Shown here: piece after piece, positions 60,391 through 64,000 of the stretch
How positions within the stretch are numbered: position 1 is the first letter of the stretch
Layout: each line of letters opens with the position of its first letter
Origin: Escherichia coli
GTDB taxonomy: Bacteria; Pseudomonadota; Gammaproteobacteria; Enterobacterales; Enterobacteriaceae
Strand: one strand, 5' to 3'
Assembly (NCBI RefSeq): GCF_030013205.1
Contig: NZ_CP122648.1
DNA: 64,000 bases
The notes under the pieces: model-generated
Database searches by the model: none
What the model was told of the DNA's origin: nothing
The model's input: the letters and a program-made list of their open reading frames with translations, nothing else
Translations under genes and position numbers: made by a program

Positions 60391-61412
60391 CGACGATAGT
60401 CGCGGAACGGGCCGTCAGCCACGGAGCGGCGTTCAATCAACCGCGGATGCACTTCAATGGATTGCGGTTCTTCGCGTTTATTGACGATACGATCCAACAG
60501 CATGTTGAACGCCGTTTCGCCCAGCGAATCTTTTGGCTGATGGATCGTGGTCAGCGCCGGCGTAAAATAGCGGGCGTTGCGCACGTTATCATACCCGATC
60601 AGCGAAACATCCTGCGGGACGCGCAGACCCATTTCATCAGCAGCACAAAGTGCGCCCATTGCCATGATATCGCCACCACAGAAGACGGCAGTAGGGCGAT
60701 GCGGCTGCGACAGGATTTGCTGCATGGCGCGATAACCAGATTCGGGTTCAAAGTCACCCTGCACAATCCAGCTTTCCGGCACCTTGATCATCGCTTCTTC
60801 CATCGCCTTCATAAAACCGGCAAGGCGGCCTGCGCCGGTGTTACGTTCCAGCGGGCCGGGGATAACGCCGATTTCGCGGTGACCGCGTTCAATCAGATAA
60901 CGCCCGGCCATGTAGCCGCCTTCGAACGCGTTATCAATGACCGCATCGGTGAAGTCAGCTTTTGCTTCACCCCAGTCCATCACTACCATTGGGATATGGC
61001 GATACTCTTCCAGCATCGCCAGCAACGGCTCTGGGTACTCAGAACACATCACCAGCAGACCATCGACGCGTTTTTGCGCCATCATCGACAGATAAGCCCG
61101 CTGTTTCTCAAGATTGTTCCACGCATTGCCCAGAATCAGGGTGTAACCTTTCTGGAAGCAATTTTTTTCAACCGCTTCAATGATCTCGGCAAAATAGGCC
61201 GCTTCGCTGCTGGTCGCCAGCAAACCGATAGACTTGGTGTGGTTAACCTTCAGACTACGCGCCACCGCGCTAGGGGAGTAGTGTAATTCTTTGATCGCTG
61301 CCCACACGGCGTTGCGCGTTTCTTCAGCGACGAAACGTGTTTTGTTGATCACGTGTGACACAGTTGTAGTGGAAACGTTTGCTCGTTTCGCTACATCTTT
61401 TATTGTTGCCAT
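60387..61412 (-). CDS. purR: Purine repressor (LacI family)
   Basis: 341-aa [26 protein letters not shown]... Confidence 0.97.
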
Positions 61413-61710
61413 TCCATTTCACTCCAGACCCTAACTTCAGCTCCTGCAAAATCGCAAGGTAAACGTTTGCCTTTACACACCTTACGCACAACAAAAGTGT
61501 TGCGGTACGCCGGAAAAACGACACGGAGCGTCAGGAAGGGGTCAATGGCCAGTACGCAAATAGTGTAAGCGTGGAATTTTGGCCGATCTTGACGAAAAGG
61601 GGAAGTGGTAAAAACACTTATCATTATAAATGACGGGAGATTTTTTCATCACAGTGTGTAAAAATGCGTAATATCACTTTTTGTGTGGTAATAAAAAAGG
61701 AGAAAACTTG

Positions 61711-61800
61711 ATGAGCACCGACCTTAAATTTTCACTGGTAACAACGATTATCGTCCTCGGTTTGATCGTGGCCGTGGGTTTGACTGCCGCGCTGCACTGA
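61711..61800 (+). CDS. ynhF: Small membrane protein YnhF (29 aa)
   Basis: ATG at 61711 after GGAGAAAA RBS encodes MSTDLKFSLVTTIIVLGLIVAVGLTAALH; below ORF-track size cutoff. Confidence 0.7.
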   Translation: MSTDLKFSLVTTIIVLGLIVAVGLTAALH

Positions 61801-61965
61801 TTTCCTCTCGAGGGAGCGCGTTCTCCCTCGCATCTCCTTCCTGTTTGTTAGCAAAATGGCAAAAGTGTTTTCTCTTTTTGTTATTTTCATTTTTTTGTGA
61901 TTGCTGTCATGCTTTCGCCACTTTAATGAATATCGCGTAATGACGCGAAGAGGTGGAGATAAGGC

Positions 61966-63135
61966 ATGAAAATTAACTATCCGTTGCTGGCGCTGGCGAT
62001 TGGTGCGTTTGGTATTGGGACAACGGAGTTCTCGCCAATGGGCTTATTGCCCGTCATTGCGCGCGGTGTGGATGTCTCGATTCCCGCTGCCGGAATGTTA
62101 ATCAGTGCCTATGCAGTTGGCGTAATGGTTGGCGCGCCGCTGATGACGCTTCTACTTTCTCATCGTGCTCGCCGCAGTGCGTTGATTTTCCTAATGGCGA
62201 TTTTCACGCTCGGCAACGTACTTTCCGCCATCGCGCCGGATTATATGACCCTGATGCTTTCTCGCATTTTGACCAGCCTGAATCACGGAGCATTTTTTGG
62301 TTTGGGTTCAGTCGTGGCCGCAAGCGTGGTGCCAAAACATAAACAGGCCAGCGCAGTTGCCACTATGTTTATGGGGTTAACCCTGGCAAATATCGGTGGC
62401 GTGCCGGCGGCGACCTGGTTGGGTGAAACCATCGGCTGGCGGATGTCATTTCTGGCAACGGCGGTGCTGGGAGTGATTTCAATGGTAAGTCTGTTCTTCT
62501 CATTACCTAAAGGTGGTGCAGGGGCACGACCTGAAGTGAAAAAAGAGCTGGCGGTATTAATGCGTCCGCAGGTGCTGTCTGCATTGCTGACGACGGTACT
62601 GGGAGCTGGTGCAATGTTTACCCTCTACACCTATATCTCTCCGGTACTGCAAAGTATTACCCACGCAACGCCGGTGTTCGTCACAGCAATGCTGGTGCTG
62701 ATTGGTGTCGGATTCTCTATCGGTAACTATCTCGGCGGCAAACTGGCAGATCGTTCAGTTAACGGCACGTTGAAAGGCTTTTTGTTGCTGCTGATGGTGA
62801 TTATGCTGGCAATCCCGTTCCTGGCCCGCAATGAGTTCGGCGCAGCTATTAGCATGGTGGTGTGGGGCGCTGCAACCTTTGCGGTCGTACCGCCGTTACA
62901 GATGCGCGTGATGCGTGTCGCCAGTGAAGCGCCAGGTCTGTCTTCATCAGTCAATATTGGTGCCTTTAATCTTGGAAATGCGCTGGGAGCAGCTGCTGGT
63001 GGTGCGGTAATTTCCGCTGGGCTGGGATACAGCTTTGTGCCGGTGATGGGGGCGATTGTCGCGGGACTGGCATTATTGCTGGTGTTTATGTCAGCCAGAA
63101 AACAACCTGAAACAGTTTGCGTTGCCAACAGCTAA
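61966..63135 (+). CDS. ydhP: MFS transporter
   Basis: 389-aa polytopic ORF matching K-12 YdhP. Confidence 0.92.
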   Translation: MKINYPLLALAIGAFGIGTTEFSPMGLLPVIARGVDVSIPAAGMLISAYAVGVMVGAPLMTLLLSHRARRSALIFLMAIFTLGNVLSAIAPDYMTLMLSRILTSLNHGAFFGLGSVVAASVVPKHKQASAVATMFMGLTLANIGGVPAATWLGETIGWRMSFLATAVLGVISMVSLFFSLPKGGAGARPEVKKELAVLMRPQVLSALLTTVLGAGAMFTLYTYISPVLQSITHATPVFVTAMLVLIGVGFSIGNYLGGKLADRSVNGTLKGFLLLLMVIMLAIPFLARNEFGAAISMVVWGAATFAVVPPLQMRVMRVASEAPGLSSSVNIGAFNLGNALGAAAGGAVISAGLGYSFVPVMGAIVAGLALLLVFMSARKQPETVCVANS

Positions 63136-63280
63136 TTAAACAAAAACGCAGAAGGATAACCTTCTGCGTTACAGTTGCTGACAACGTGCGATTTATCTTG
63201 CCGGATGCGGTGTTAACGACTCATCCGTGTTGGCATGGTAAGCGAAGCGCATCAGGCAATGCTGCATTTGCCATCAGTTA

Positions 63281-63862
63281 TTATGCAGCGAGATTTTTCG
63301 CTACGAATTCCCAGTTCACCAGCGCCCAGAAGTGCTCCAGATAGCCAGGACGTGCATTGCGATAGTCGATGTAATAAGCGTGTTCCCAGACATCAACGGT
63401 CAGCAGCGGAGTCGCATCGGTGGTCAGTGGAGTACCCGCGTTAGAGGTTGAAACGATAGCCAGTTTGCCATCGCTGTTTTTCACCAGCCAGGTCCAGCCA
63501 GAACCAAAGTTTTTGATCGCTGCATCAGTAAACTGAGCTTTGAAATCGGCAAAGCTGCCAAAAGATGCGGCGATAGCTTCAGCGACTTTTCCAGTCGGTT
63601 CGCCACCCGCGTTCGGTGCCAGGCAGTTCCAGTAGAAAGTATGGTTCCAGACCTGAGCTGCGTTGTTGAATACGCCACCTTCAGAGCTGCGAATAATCTC
63701 TTCCAGTGATTTACCTTCAAACGCGGTACCTTTAATCAGGTTGTTCAGGTTAGTCACATAAGTCTGATGATGCTTGCCGTAGTGATACTCGATGGTTTCC
63801 GCAGAAATGTGCGGTGCCAGAGCATCTTTAGCATATGGTAGTGCAGGTAATTCGAATGACAT
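63281..63862 (-). CDS. sodB: Superoxide dismutase [Fe]
   Basis: 193-aa [35 protein letters not shown]... Confidence 0.98.
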   Translation of the reverse strand: MSFELPALPYAKDALAPHISAETIEYHYGKHHQTYVTNLNNLIKGTAFEGKSLEEIIRSSEGGVFNNAAQVWNHTFYWNCLAPNAGGEPTGKVAEAIAASFGSFADFKAQFTDAAIKNFGSGWTWLVKNSDGKLAIVSTSNAGTPLTTDATPLLTVDVWEHAYYIDYRNARPGYLEHFWALVNWEFVAKNLAA

Positions 63863-64000
63863 TGCTACTCTCCTTTATTATTAATTTGCATACGTACAAT
63901 AGCCTTATTGTGCGTATGGATAGGGTAGCAAATTAAAAGGTGAGACAAAAGATGAACTTACCCTGTTGCCGTAACAACAGGGTAAAGTTTTAGCGAAGTG

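Overview
This window is an Escherichia coli-type chromosomal segment. From about 4.1 kb to the end it is colinear, in reverse orientation, with the K-12 btuC-to-sodB region: btuCED, nlpC, ydiV, selO, ydiE, aroH, ppsR/ppsA, fadK-ydiTSRQ, ydiP, ydiO-ydiF, aroD-ydiB, ydiN, ydiM, ydiL, rprA, ydiK, ydiJ-menI-ydiH, sufABCDSE, ldtE, lpp, pykF, fumD, ydhYVWXUT, ydhS, ydhR, two tandem tRNA-Val genes, ydhQ, mdtK, ribC, cfa, ydhC, punR, purR, ynhF, ydhP and sodB. Gene identities rest on ORF length, recognisable protein sequence and conserved order, recalled from memory without any database search. The first ~4 kb are different: a low-GC, phage-derived mosaic sits directly upstream of btuC, where K-12 synteny predicts ihfA. 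It contains a lambda-type stf-tfa tail-fibre cassette, orphan small ORFs, a P2-family integrase fragment lacking its N-terminal half, and two translationally coupled small ORFs. The best candidate for an undescribed system is that two-gene module at 3232-3907 (a zinc-ribbon protein plus a coiled-coil protein with a C-terminal membrane anchor); its function cannot be assigned from sequence. Secondary observations in the core include a perfect FNR box upstream of ydhY, about 15 tandem nonapeptide repeats in YdhT, the passenger-only autotransporter-like YdhQ, and tandem Fur-like boxes in the suf promoter. No CRISPR array, rRNA or IS transposase was seen.
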